NCBI GenBank assembly: GCA_934096295.1
Contig: CAKOLL010000001.1
Span: 180,229-244,228, forward strand
Origin: an uncultured Bacilli bacterium
GTDB taxonomy: Bacteria; Bacillota_I; Bacilli_A; RF39; UBA660
Reading direction: 5' to 3'
DNA: 64,000 nt
Shown: in pieces, positions 19,584 through 28,711 of the stretch
Position numbering within the stretch: position 1 is the stretch's first letter
Layout: each line of letters begins with the position of its first letter
The notes under the pieces: generated by a model
Database searches by the model: none
Told to the model about the DNA's origin: nothing
The model's input: only the letters and a program-made list of their open reading frames with translations
Translations under genes and position numbers: made by a program

Positions 19584-21989
19584 TTATTTAAGACGTTTAA
19601 GAATACTTTCATCTAAAATAATTGTTTTTCCGAATGTTGTTTGATATGTATCTAGGCATTTTTTTATAAAAGTTATACCTCTTTGGATACGTGTTGATGC
19701 AGCACTTAAATTTATATTCAAGCTTAATGCAATATCTTCGGTAGAATATTTTGTCCCATCAACCAGCCCAAAATATAACATGAATGGTTTGCGTATTTCA
19801 TCAGGCATAACATTAACCAAATCATAATAAACTTGGCTTACTTCTTCTTTTGTTTTAGTATTATTACTCTTAGTAATGTCTTTATTAATATCTTGCATCC
19901 TTTTTTCATCCAATCTTTTTTGCAAACCTTTTATTAATAACATTAAGTTCTTACTTTCATGTACATTTAATTGATTTAGATAAGGTTGATCTAAATTTTC
20001 TCCGAAAGCTTTTTTTAGCAATAAGTTTTCTTGTATCTCTGGGATTGATTCAATCTCACATTCTAAAATTTCATTTAATTTTTTTCGTAAGAACGGAGTC
20101 GGTTCATTAACTTTTCGACGAAGTGATGTGATATTATTATAAAAGTATGTTTTATCTTTTTCATCCATATTTGTTAAATCAGCATCTAAGTCAAAGTTTG
20201 AGCCATAATATTTAATAAGCATTTGATAAAATTTTGTATCCTTGTTTAAAGAATTTATAATAATACTTAATTCTTCGATAGTTACATTTAATAACTCCCA
20301 CAAGGCTTTTCTTTTACTTTTTTTCTTTGCCTCAGCTTTTTCAAGCGGAGTATTATTTTGACTTGGCCAAAAATTCACTCTTTTCATTCGATATTTCCAT
20401 CTAGTTAATTTATCATGAAATAATGTTTTTTCATATTTTGAAAGTAAATTATAGTTACATTTATCTGTTCCTTCTTTTCCAAAAGCTTTTACCATTATTT
20501 GATAAATTATAGTACTTTTATCTTGAGTTTCCCAGAGAAATTTAATTCTTTTACACATTTCTTCATATTCTAAAGTTTCTTTATTATAATCATTTAAAAA
20601 TTCTATTAGTGTTTTACAATATTTTTGGTCTTCTTGTTCTTTAATACACTTATAATATTTTGCTAACATCTTATCAATAACAAGTTTAATGTCTTTTTGA
20701 TTAAATTTACTTGGAACTACTTTCAAAGTCAAATTATTTCCAAAATTTTTGTATAGTATATTTTGAGCAGATGATTCTTGCTGTAAAACTAAGGCATATA
20801 TATCTTCTTCTTTTAAAGGTAAATACTCTAACAAAGATATTTTTATTACTTTTGAACAAGCACGCATTTTTTCCAAAGCTTTTTTCTCTTTTTGACGAAT
20901 TGTTTCTCTGGTTACATTATATATTTTGCTAACTTCTTCTAGAGTTTTATTTTCAATAAATCTTAATGTTATTATTTTTCTTTCTTCATCATTTAAACAT
21001 GATAGTAATTGATTTAATGTTAATATATTTATTGAGTCATCTTCAAATTCTCCGGATTTTAGAAATTGATACATACTAGAATTTTCATGTTCTTCGGGAT
21101 TTAAAGGAGCATCTAGAGATATATTTTCTGAAAAAGTCATTAACAACTTAGATAAGGCATCAGTTTCCATATGTAAAAAAGATGCAATTTCTTCTAGAGA
21201 TGGTTCTTTATCTAACTTATAAGATAAAATTTTTAATGCTTCAAGGTATTTATTATAAATTATATGTTGATTAATTGGGATTCTTATTGTTCTTCCTTTA
21301 TTTAAAATAGCTCTATTTATATATTGTCTTACCCAATATGTGGCATATGTACTAAATAAAAATCCTAAAGATGCGTTATATTTTTCCATTGCTTTAATCA
21401 TACCTATGGTTCCTTCATTTATTAAATCTAATTTTTCTAAGCCACAATTTAAATGTTTATTTGCAATAGATACAATTAATCTTAAATTCCCTTCGATAAC
21501 TTGATTTTGATAAAAAATATACTTTTTTTGATAATACTCTTTTTCTTCTTTTGAGATAGCTTTTTCATATAGTTCTTTATATTCTTGAAACTTAATTACA
21601 TATGCTATAGATGTTTCTCTTTTCATCGTGGGAATGTCACTTAGTTCTTTGAAAAACAAATTATCAGCACTTAAGTTTGCTGTTTCTTCAAATGTGTAAT
21701 TTAAATTGTCTTCTAAAAGTATATTTTTAATACTGGCATAAACATAGATGATTCCTCCGTTTATATCTCCGAATCTTTTATAGATTTCATCTTCCGTATA
21801 TTTATTTTTTCCTCGTAAGAGTTGGGCAAAATAGTTATCAATTATTGAACTTTTTTCTAACGCTTTAAGCATAAATGTAAAAATATCTTCAACCTTATTT
21901 TCAGTTAAGATGGAATTTATATAACTTAATTTTATATTACTTGTTTCTATTTTAGATTCAATATCTTTTATAATATTATCAAAATCCAT
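19584..21989 (-). CDS. Giant sigma-70 family protein: a sigma-A-like core with about 430 aa of C-terminal repeat modules and a second terminal HTH
   Basis: 801 aa. Region 1.2-like segment (DNLFFKELSDIPTMKRETSIAYVIKF). Region 2 (EGNLRLIVSIANKH...DLINEGTIGMIKAMEKY...FSTYATYWVRQYINRAI...RTIRIP). Region 3. Region 4 (ITLRFIENKTLEEVSKIYNVTRETIRQKEKKALEKMR). Then repeated KNFGNNL, KAFGKEG, KYYGSNFD, KAFGENLD modules. Terminal LYFGLVDGTKYSTEDIALSLNINLSAASTRIQRG is region-4-like. Confidence 0.75.
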   Translation of the reverse strand: MDFDNIIKDIESKIETSNIKLSYINSILTENKVEDIFTFMLKALEKSSIIDNYFAQLLRGKNKYTEDEIYKRFGDINGGIIYVYASIKNILLEDNLNYTFEETANLSADNLFFKELSDIPTMKRETSIAYVIKFQEYKELYEKAISKEEKEYYQKKYIFYQNQVIEGNLRLIVSIANKHLNCGLEKLDLINEGTIGMIKAMEKYNASLGFLFSTYATYWVRQYINRAILNKGRTIRIPINQHIIYNKYLEALKILSYKLDKEPSLEEIASFLHMETDALSKLLMTFSENISLDAPLNPEEHENSSMYQFLKSGEFEDDSINILTLNQLLSCLNDEERKIITLRFIENKTLEEVSKIYNVTRETIRQKEKKALEKMRACSKVIKISLLEYLPLKEEDIYALVLQQESSAQNILYKNFGNNLTLKVVPSKFNQKDIKLVIDKMLAKYYKCIKEQEDQKYCKTLIEFLNDYNKETLEYEEMCKRIKFLWETQDKSTIIYQIMVKAFGKEGTDKCNYNLLSKYEKTLFHDKLTRWKYRMKRVNFWPSQNNTPLEKAEAKKKSKRKALWELLNVTIEELSIIINSLNKDTKFYQMLIKYYGSNFDLDADLTNMDEKDKTYFYNNITSLRRKVNEPTPFLRKKLNEILECEIESIPEIQENLLLKKAFGENLDQPYLNQLNVHESKNLMLLIKGLQKRLDEKRMQDINKDITKSNNTKTKEEVSQVYYDLVNVMPDEIRKPFMLYFGLVDGTKYSTEDIALSLNINLSAASTRIQRGITFIKKCLDTYQTTFGKTIILDESILKRLK

Positions 21990-22068
21990 ATGTATCCCCC
22001 CGGTTGCGATTTATTATAACATAAAACCTAAGAGTTTTGTATATAATTTTTATAAAGAAGGAGTTATT

Positions 22069-22764
22069 ATGTTTTTAAATTTTTTAAATATTATCAAAGA
22101 AATGTTATTTTTCACGGGATCTTACTCAAATAATGTTTTTCCAGAGCCTTTATCAAGCGAGGAAGAAGAAAAATGTATCAAAGAAATGTTGGAAGGATTT
22201 ACGGATGCTAGGAACAAATTAATTGAACATAATTTAAGATTAGTTGCTCACATTGTAAAGAGGTTTGATGTTAAAGATGTCGATACGGATGATTTAATAA
22301 GTATTGGTACAATTGGGTTAATTAAAGGGATAGACACTTATAAAAATAATAAGAAAACGAAGATTACTACTTATGCTGCAAGATGTATTCAAAATGAAAT
22401 TTTAATGCATTTTAGGAGTCAAAAAAAGATTGGTCCTACAGTTTCTTTAAATGATGCTATTGGTCATGATAAAGAAGGAAATGAAATTAATTTAATAGAT
22501 GTTATTAAAGATAAAGATGTTGATTTATTTGAAGAATTAGACTTAAAGAATAACATAACGTTGTTAGAAAAATATTTAAAACTACTTAATAAAAGAGAAA
22601 AAGAAATTATTATTAAAAGATATGGTCTTAATAATACTAAAGATATGACTCAAAAAGAAATTGCGGATGATCTTAAGATTTCAAGAAGTTATGTTTCAAG
22701 AATAGAAAAAAGAGCACTTACTAAAATGCTCACTGAATTTATTAAAAATAAAAATATAGATTAA
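22069..22764 (+). CDS. sigK: Sporulation sigma factor pro-sigma-K (sigma-27), uninterrupted
   Basis: 231 aa. Pro-sequence ...YSNNVFPEPLSSEEEE. KLIEHNLRLVAHIVKRF, ISIGTIGLIKGIDTY, TTYAARCIQNEILMHFR and ISRSYVSRIEKRAL match Bacillus SigK nearly residue for residue. Confidence 0.85.
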   Translation: MFLNFLNIIKEMLFFTGSYSNNVFPEPLSSEEEEKCIKEMLEGFTDARNKLIEHNLRLVAHIVKRFDVKDVDTDDLISIGTIGLIKGIDTYKNNKKTKITTYAARCIQNEILMHFRSQKKIGPTVSLNDAIGHDKEGNEINLIDVIKDKDVDLFEELDLKNNITLLEKYLKLLNKREKEIIIKRYGLNNTKDMTQKEIADDLKISRSYVSRIEKRALTKMLTEFIKNKNID

Positions 22765-23375
22765 TTATCTTTAATAACTAAATTACACAATGGTATTATA
22801 AAACTACCTATAGAATTACCTAGGACCATTATTCCAGTGTATCCTAGAGTTTTAAGTGACCAGATGTCCGCAACAGAAAAATAATACATATTAGCAATAC
22901 AGTGTTCAAATCCACAAAGTATGAATACTGCAACACCTAAATAAACAACTAAATACTTGCCAAAATCTGTTTGTTTTTTAAAACCATTTACAGCATAGTA
23001 CATTAATAATCCACAAAAAATAGATAATATAAATATACTTAAAATATTATCATTTAATTTAGCATTTGCTAATATTAAAGATTTTTCATAAATTTTATCA
23101 TAAATTCTTGTATATCTTAAAATAAAACCAACACTACAAGCACCAATAAAGTTACCTATTAATGTAATTATCAATTCTTTTATATATTTTAAATTTAAAT
23201 TAGTTATTAAATAACCTATTTTTCCAGTATAAAGATTTAAATTATAAATAAGTACTCCGAATAAACCAATAGAAAATAATGATGCACCAATAACTTTATT
23301 TTCTATTGATAAAAATACTGTACCACCTATAGCAATCATTATTCCAGCTAAAAAACTTTTAAATAATACTTTCAT
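22761..23375 (-). CDS. Small polytopic membrane protein (possibly formate/nitrite-transporter-like)
   Basis: 204 aa with about 6 TM helices. FLAGIMIAIGGTVFL resembles the FNT-family N-terminal motif. Assignment is weak. Confidence 0.45.
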   Translation of the reverse strand: MKVLFKSFLAGIMIAIGGTVFLSIENKVIGASLFSIGLFGVLIYNLNLYTGKIGYLITNLNLKYIKELIITLIGNFIGACSVGFILRYTRIYDKIYEKSLILANAKLNDNILSIFILSIFCGLLMYYAVNGFKKQTDFGKYLVVYLGVAVFILCGFEHCIANMYYFSVADIWSLKTLGYTGIMVLGNSIGSFIIPLCNLVIKDN

Positions 23376-23376
23376 T

Positions 23377-23712
23377 TTATCTACCTCTTCTTATTAAATT
23401 TGTGTAACAAATAAATACTGGAACTTCTTCCCCTTTTTCATTATTTCCAAATACTTGTTTAATCATACCAACATCATATCCTGCATATCTTAAAGAAAGT
23501 TGTAATAAACTCATGTAATCTAAAAGTTTTATTTCTCTTAATCTTTTAAAGCTTTTACCCTGATAATCAAGAGTATCAGTTATAGTGTATCCGTTCATAT
23601 TAGAATTTAATTTCGCATCAACTATGTTTGAAATTGCCCTTAAATATTTTGCAATTATTTCATTTGCTTCATTTTCACGTAGTTTAATTGCATTAACCAT
23701 TTGACCCTCCAT
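23377..23712 (-). CDS. Hypothetical protein
   Basis: 111 aa ORF downstream of khpA in the rpsP operon position. No recognisable motifs. Confidence 0.45.
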   Translation of the reverse strand: MEGQMVNAIKLRENEANEIIAKYLRAISNIVDAKLNSNMNGYTITDTLDYQGKSFKRLREIKLLDYMSLLQLSLRYAGYDVGMIKQVFGNNEKGEEVPVFICYTNLIRRGR

Positions 23713-23745
23713 TTTGTAGAAAAAAACTAAGTATTTCTACTTAAT

Positions 23746-23988
23746 TTAAAATGCCTCAATATTTAATTTAATTTTATGCATTTTATGAATGTAAGCATAG
23801 GCATAAACCAAAGTTCTTAAGGCATGTGCATTTTTACCGCCCTTACCTATTACATATTTCATTTGATCTTCTGGAACCATTACTTCGATTATTTTAGTTT
23901 CATCTTCCATAAATTCTTCAACTTTAATCATTTCAGGATCTTCCACAAGACTTTTAACTAAAAATTCAGTATATTCTACGATATTCAT
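23746..23988 (-). CDS. khpA: KH-domain RNA-binding protein (UPF0109 / KhpA, YlqC-like)
   Basis: 80 aa with VIGKGGKNAHALRTLV KH GXXG motif. Immediately downstream of rpsP, as in Bacilli. Confidence 0.8.
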   Translation of the reverse strand: MNIVEYTEFLVKSLVEDPEMIKVEEFMEDETKIIEVMVPEDQMKYVIGKGGKNAHALRTLVYAYAYIHKMHKIKLNIEAF

Positions 23989-23990
23989 AA

Positions 23991-24263
23991 TTATTTACCT
24001 TTTTTTGCATCATTAAATGCTTTTAATATTCCTTCATTTTTGAAGATTGCTTTTACTGTATCTGTTGGTTGTGCTCCATTTGCTAACCATTTTAATGCTA
24101 CTTCTTTATTAATAGAAATTTCAGCTGGATTTGCAATTGGATTGTAAGTACCTACTGTTTCAATAAATCTTCCATCTCTTGGAAATCTTGCATCAGCAGC
24201 AACAATACGATAGAATGGTCTTTGTTTTGAACCCATTCTTTTAAGTCTTAATTTAACAGCCAT
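23991..24263 (-). CDS. rpsP: 30S ribosomal protein S16
   Basis: [42 protein letters not shown] is the canonical S16 sequence. Confidence 0.92.
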   Translation of the reverse strand: MAVKLRLKRMGSKQRPFYRIVAADARFPRDGRFIETVGTYNPIANPAEISINKEVALKWLANGAQPTDTVKAIFKNEGILKAFNDAKKGK

Positions 24264-24293
24264 TTTTCTTTCCTCCTTTAAATAACTAAAACT

Positions 24294-24322
24294 ATATTAC
24301 CATATAAAAATATATGTGTCAA
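24294..24322 (-). promoter_or_regulatory. rpsP promoter (TTGACA-17-TAATAT), its -35 embedded in an upstream hairpin
   Basis: Minus-strand TTGACA is the reverse complement of 24317-24322. TAATAT is the reverse complement of 24294-24299. RBS GGAGG lies about 30 nt downstream. Confidence 0.55.
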
Positions 24323-24344
24323 CTCTTTTTTGTTGACACATATA

Positions 24345-24560
24345 ATGTTTTGATTGCGCACTAGATGGAGGATTTTAACTCCCACCAGCCACGCTAACCA
24401 ATGCTTATCTTGCTACCAAAGCTATGAGTAAATCTTTAGTTCCTACCACTCCAGTAAAGTTTTGCACGGCTTGCCTAGCACGCGGACGCGCTGAGGCCAG
24501 CGTTGTAGTTGTACACGTAACCATAGGTAGACACATTAATTACAATGTACGAAAAGTAAA
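24345..24560 (-). ncRNA. GC-rich structured island (about 50% GC against a background of about 27%). Candidate ncRNA of unknown family.
   Basis: Sharp compositional spike with several stable hairpins (CGCUG-AGGC-CAGCG; CGCG-GA-CGCG; GGAG-N8-CUCC). Followed on the minus strand by hairpin ATATGTGTCAAC-N8-GTTGACACATAT plus a T-run (24312-24343). No convincing ORF. Strand is uncertain. Confidence 0.3.
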
Positions 24561-24672
24561 ATCTATGTGAACAAACTATCAAAAATTTCAAATTTACTAT
24601 TGAATTTTAATAGTTAGTCGCCTAATTACAATATCACGTGCAGATATTTTACCTTATATTAATATAAAAACC

Positions 24673-24712
24673 AAAAAAAGCGTCACAGCACATACGCAAT
24701 TTGACGCTTTTT
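24673..24712 (-). terminator. Bidirectional-type terminator after clpB
   Basis: AAAAAAGCGTCA...TGACGCTTTTT hairpin flanked by A and T runs. Confidence 0.6.
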
Positions 24713-24715
24713 AAT

Positions 24716-26833
24716 TTATTTATTAGTTATGATAAATTTATTATCTTTTATATCTACTATTAGAGTTGTACCAACTTTCATATTTTCATCAATTAATTTA
24801 TGAGCTATTAAGTTTTCAATATTTTTAGTAATATATCTTTTTATTGGACGAGCTCCATATCTTGGGTCGTATGCTTCTTCAATAATTTTTTCTCTAACAG
24901 TATTTGTTATTTCTACACGAATGTAATTTTGTTGTAATCTATCATTTAATTCTTTAATAACTTTATCAACTATTTCCCCAATTACATTTTGTTTTAGAGA
25001 ATTAAAGACAATTATTTCATCAATTCTGTTAATTAATTCTGGTCTAAATGTATTTTTAAGTTCATTCATAACAAGTTCATTAGCATTAGTTTCATTATCT
25101 AAAATATATTCACTACCTAGATTACTTGTCATGATTATAATTGTATTTTTAAAATCAACTAAACGTCCTTGACTATCTGTAAGTCTTCCATCATCTAGTA
25201 TTTGAAGCAAAATATTAAAGACATCTTTGTGAGCTTTTTCTATTTCATCAAATAAGACAATACTATATGGATTTCTTCTTACAGCTTCGGTAAGTTCTCC
25301 GCCTTCGTCATATCCAACGTATCCTGGAGGAGCTCCGATTAAACGTGAAACATTAAAGCTTTCCATATATTCAGAACAGTCAATTCTTATCATGTGTCTT
25401 TCATCATCGAATAATTCATAAGCTAATGATTTAGCAACCTCAGTTTTACCTACCCCGGTTGGGCCCAAGAATATGAATGAACCAATTGGTTTATTTGGAT
25501 CTTTAATTCCACTTCTTGCTCTGATAATTGCTTCACTAACAAGTTTTAATGCATTATCTTGACCTATAACACGAGCTTTTAATCTATCAAATAGATGTAA
25601 TAATTTATCTTTTTCACTACTTACTAGTTTTGATACTGGAATATGTGTCCATCTAGAAATAATGCCAGCGATAGATTCTTCATCTACAACATCTGATAAA
25701 ATATTACTCTTGTTTTCTTCTTGAAGTTTCTTTAATTCTTGTTCCAAAGCTGGAATTTTACCATGACGAAGCATTGCACTTTTTTCAAGGTCATAGTTGT
25801 TTTCAGCTTGTGCTAAAGCAAATTTAGCTTGTTCAAGTTCTTCCTTTTTCTTATTTATTTCGGTTTTTGCTTCTTTTTCGCTTTCCCACTTGCTTCTTAA
25901 ATCAGCTTCTTTTTCTTTCATCGTAACAAGACTTTCATCGATTTCATCAATTCTTTTCTTACTTATTTCATCTTTTTCTTTCTTTAATGCTTGTCTTTCT
26001 ATTTCTAGACTCATTATTTTTCTAGTAAGTTCATCAAGTTCAACAGGCATTGATTCAAGTTGCATTTTGATTGTTGCACAAGCTTCATCCACTAAATCTA
26101 TTGCTTTATCTGGTAAAAATCTATCTGTTATATATCTATCAGATAAAGTTGCTGCAGAAACTAAGGCACTATCTTTTATTGTAACTCCATGAAATATTTC
26201 AAATCTTTCTTTTAGTCCACGAAGAATAGTTATTGTATCTGTAACATTTGGTTCACTTACTAAAACTTTTTGAAATCTTCTTTCTAGAGCTCCATCTTTT
26301 TCAATATACTTACGATATTCATTTAGGGTTGTTGCTCCGATTACATGAATTTCTCCACGTGCTAGCATAGGTTTTAACATATTTGAGACATCCATGGCAC
26401 CATCTGTACCAGAACCTACGATCATGTGTATTTCATCAATAAACATTATGATGTTACCATCTGAATCTTTAATTTCTTTTAAGACTGCTTTTAATCTTTC
26501 TTCAAATTCACCACGATATTTAGCACCCGCTACTAAGGCACCTAAGTCAAGTTCCCAAATTGTCTTATTTTTTAAAGAGCTTGGGATGTCTCCTTTTATA
26601 ATTCTTTGAGCAAGGCCTTCCACTATGGCAGTTTTACCTACCCCAGGTTCCCCGATTAAAACGGGATTATTTTTACTTTTACGAGATAATATTCTAACAA
26701 CATTTCTGATTTCTTCATCTCTACCTATAACTGGGTCAACTTTGTTATCTAAAACATTTTTAGTTATATCTCGCCCATATTTATTTAAAACATCTTTTAA
26801 TTCATCATTGTTTTCAAAGTTCATATTAATCAC
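24716..26833 (-). CDS. clpB: ClpB-type AAA+ disaggregase lacking the N-terminal domain
   Basis: 705 aa starting directly at NBD1 ([39 protein letters not shown]). Coiled-coil middle domain, then NBD2 (GPTGVGKTE, sensor/arginine motifs). About 150 aa shorter than canonical ClpB. Confidence 0.85.
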   Translation of the reverse strand: MINMNFENNDELKDVLNKYGRDITKNVLDNKVDPVIGRDEEIRNVVRILSRKSKNNPVLIGEPGVGKTAIVEGLAQRIIKGDIPSSLKNKTIWELDLGALVAGAKYRGEFEERLKAVLKEIKDSDGNIIMFIDEIHMIVGSGTDGAMDVSNMLKPMLARGEIHVIGATTLNEYRKYIEKDGALERRFQKVLVSEPNVTDTITILRGLKERFEIFHGVTIKDSALVSAATLSDRYITDRFLPDKAIDLVDEACATIKMQLESMPVELDELTRKIMSLEIERQALKKEKDEISKKRIDEIDESLVTMKEKEADLRSKWESEKEAKTEINKKKEELEQAKFALAQAENNYDLEKSAMLRHGKIPALEQELKKLQEENKSNILSDVVDEESIAGIISRWTHIPVSKLVSSEKDKLLHLFDRLKARVIGQDNALKLVSEAIIRARSGIKDPNKPIGSFIFLGPTGVGKTEVAKSLAYELFDDERHMIRIDCSEYMESFNVSRLIGAPPGYVGYDEGGELTEAVRRNPYSIVLFDEIEKAHKDVFNILLQILDDGRLTDSQGRLVDFKNTIIIMTSNLGSEYILDNETNANELVMNELKNTFRPELINRIDEIIVFNSLKQNVIGEIVDKVIKELNDRLQQNYIRVEITNTVREKIIEEAYDPRYGARPIKRYITKNIENLIAHKLIDENMKVGTTLIVDIKDNKFIITNK

Positions 26834-26856
26834 CCTTTCTTAACTTGAACAAATAT

Positions 26857-26885
26857 ATTATAAACCTAAAATTAGCACTTGTCAA
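26857..26885 (-). promoter_or_regulatory. clpB sigma-A promoter (TTGACA-17-TATAAT) overlapping CIRCE
   Basis: Minus-strand TTGACA is the reverse complement of 26880-26885 and lies inside the CIRCE spacer and right arm. TATAAT is the reverse complement of 26857-26862. Confidence 0.6.
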
Positions 26886-26898
26886 GTATAAGTGCTAA
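26872..26898. promoter_or_regulatory. CIRCE element (HrcA operator)
   Basis: TTAGCACTT-GTCAAGTAT-AAGTGCTAA fits the consensus TTAGCACTC-N9-GAGTGCTAA with one mismatch per arm. Located 35 bp upstream of clpB. Confidence 0.75.
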
Positions 26899-26902
26899 TT
26901 AA

Positions 26903-28711
26903 TTATATTTTATATAAAAATATTCTTAAACTATTTAAAATAGATAGTAATGTCACTCCGACATCAGCAAAAACAGCAAGCCAAATCGGAGTTATGCCAA
27001 ATATTGCAAGTATTAACATTATAACTTTAAAGGAAATTGCAAATGTAATATTAGTAATTACTGTTTTTCTAGTTATCTTACTTATTTTCAAGACTTTACT
27101 TATGCATTCTAAATTGTCTTCCATTAAAACTATATCACTGGCTTCAATTGTGGCATCACTACCTAGACCCCCCATTGCAATACCAACATTGGCAAGTCTT
27201 ATTACTGGAACATCGTTGATACCATCACCTACAAAAGCAACATTATTATTCTTCTTATATTCTTCTAGTATTTTTACTTTATCTTCTGGTAGTAAATTTC
27301 CAAAACTTTGATCAATTTTAAGATTTTTAGATATTTCACTCACTACACTTGCATCATCACCAGATAACATGACTATATTTTTTATACCATTTTCTTTTAG
27401 TTCTTGTAGTGATTTTTTAGCATTATCTTTAATTTTGTCACTAATTACAATATAACCTAAATACTCTTTATTTTTAGCAACATGAATTATTGTACCTAAT
27501 TCATTTGTTTCTTCTGGCGTTATTTTATTATCCTCTAATAATAATTTAGAGCCCACTAGAATTTTATCTTTTTTTATTTTACATTCTATTCCTTTGCCAC
27601 TTATTTCTTTATAATTTGTTACTTTAGCAAGGGTTTTATTATAGGAACTTTTTATTGATTTAGCTATCGGGTGATTAGAATGGGTTTCTGATGATGCTGC
27701 TAGATATAATAATTCATCTTTAGAACAATTTATATTTTTTATCTTAACAACTTCAAATACCCCTTCTGTAATCGTACCTGTTTTATCAAATATTATTGTA
27801 TCAATCTTATTTAAGTTATCCATTACATCACTACCCTTTACAAGTATTTTTTCTTTACTGGATTTACCAATTGATGTAAAGTAACTAAGGGGTACCGAAA
27901 TAACTAAAGCACATGGGCATGATATTACAAGCATTTCCAAAGCTCTATATACCCAAGTGGTGAAACTTTTTCCTAAAGCTACAGGTATTACTACGACAAG
28001 AATGGCAAGAATAACCACAATCGGAGTATAAATTTTTGAAAACTTTGTAATAAACTTTTCTGTTTTTGTTTTCTTTTCTTCACTATTTTCAATGATTTCA
28101 ATTATTTTACTTGCTGTACTTGTTTCAAATGTTTTAGTAGCTTTTATTTCTAAAACACTATCTAAATTAATTGTTCCACTTAAGACAGTATCATTTAAAT
28201 TAACTTTTCGTGGTACTGATTCTCCGGTTAAACTTTTTGTATCAATATGACTTGTGCCATTAATTATAATCCCATCTAAAGGTATTTTTTCTCCAGGTGC
28301 AACAATAAAAATGTCACCAACTTTAGATTCTTTTACATCTATATAACCTTTATCTTTTATATTTACTTTATCGCTTCTTAAATCCATTAATTCAACGATA
28401 GCTTTTTTAGAATTATCTACCGCTAAATCTGATAAATATTCTCCGATAGAAAATAATAACATTACTAAAACTGCTTCGGGATACTCTTTAATGTAGAATG
28501 CTCCGAGTGTTGCAATAATCATTAAGAAATTTTCATCAAATATTTTACCATTTTTAATGTTTTTAAGAGCATTAAAATATACTTCTTTAGACACAAAAAC
28601 ATAACTAATCACTAAAAGATAAATGTTTTCATTAAAAATCATTCCTAATACAAGAAAAACAATACTAATTATTATTCTTATTAAATCTTCATTAAATTTT
28701 ATCTTTTTCAT
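26903..28711 (-). CDS. cadA: P1B-type heavy-metal (Cd/Zn-type) translocating ATPase without N-terminal HMA domain
   Basis: 602 aa. CPC transmembrane metal site (VISCPCALVISVP), DKTGTIT phosphorylation motif and VAFVGDGINDVPV hinge. Confidence 0.85.
   Translation of the reverse strand: MKKIKFNEDLIRIIISIVFLVLGMIFNENIYLLVISYVFVSKEVYFNALKNIKNGKIFDENFLMIIATLGAFYIKEYPEAVLVMLLFSIGEYLSDLAVDNSKKAIVELMDLRSDKVNIKDKGYIDVKESKVGDIFIVAPGEKIPLDGIIINGTSHIDTKSLTGESVPRKVNLNDTVLSGTINLDSVLEIKATKTFETSTASKIIEIIENSEEKKTKTEKFITKFSKIYTPIVVILAILVVVIPVALGKSFTTWVYRALEMLVISCPCALVISVPLSYFTSIGKSSKEKILVKGSDVMDNLNKIDTIIFDKTGTITEGVFEVVKIKNINCSKDELLYLAASSETHSNHPIAKSIKSSYNKTLAKVTNYKEISGKGIECKIKKDKILVGSKLLLEDNKITPEETNELGTIIHVAKNKEYLGYIVISDKIKDNAKKSLQELKENGIKNIVMLSGDDASVVSEISKNLKIDQSFGNLLPEDKVKILEEYKKNNNVAFVGDGINDVPVIRLANVGIAMGGLGSDATIEASDIVLMEDNLECISKVLKISKITRKTVITNITFAISFKVIMLILAIFGITPIWLAVFADVGVTLLSILNSLRIFLYKI

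Noticed and set aside
21990-22068. Precise SigE/SigK-type promoter upstream of sigK
   Set aside because: The 79-bp divergent spacer is extremely AT-rich. I could not place a convincing ATATT...CATACA-T or AC...CATA---TA match without over-fitting.
24420-24550. 43-codon minus-strand ORF within the GC-rich island
   Set aside because: No RBS and atypical Ala/Arg-rich composition. Most likely incidental to a structured RNA.
24345-24560. tmRNA, SRP RNA or RNase P RNA assignment for the GC island
   Set aside because: I found no tRNA-like GGGG...CCACCA ends and no credible tag ORF ending in ALAA-like residues. I found no SRP domain-IV GGAAG...AGCAGC motif and no RNase P conserved P4 sequences. I left it unassigned.
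25797-26192. 131-aa plus-strand ORF, Ser/Phe-rich and low complexity
   Set aside because: Antisense to the clpB coiled-coil region. Its composition is the artefactual reverse translation of a Lys/Glu-rich coding strand.
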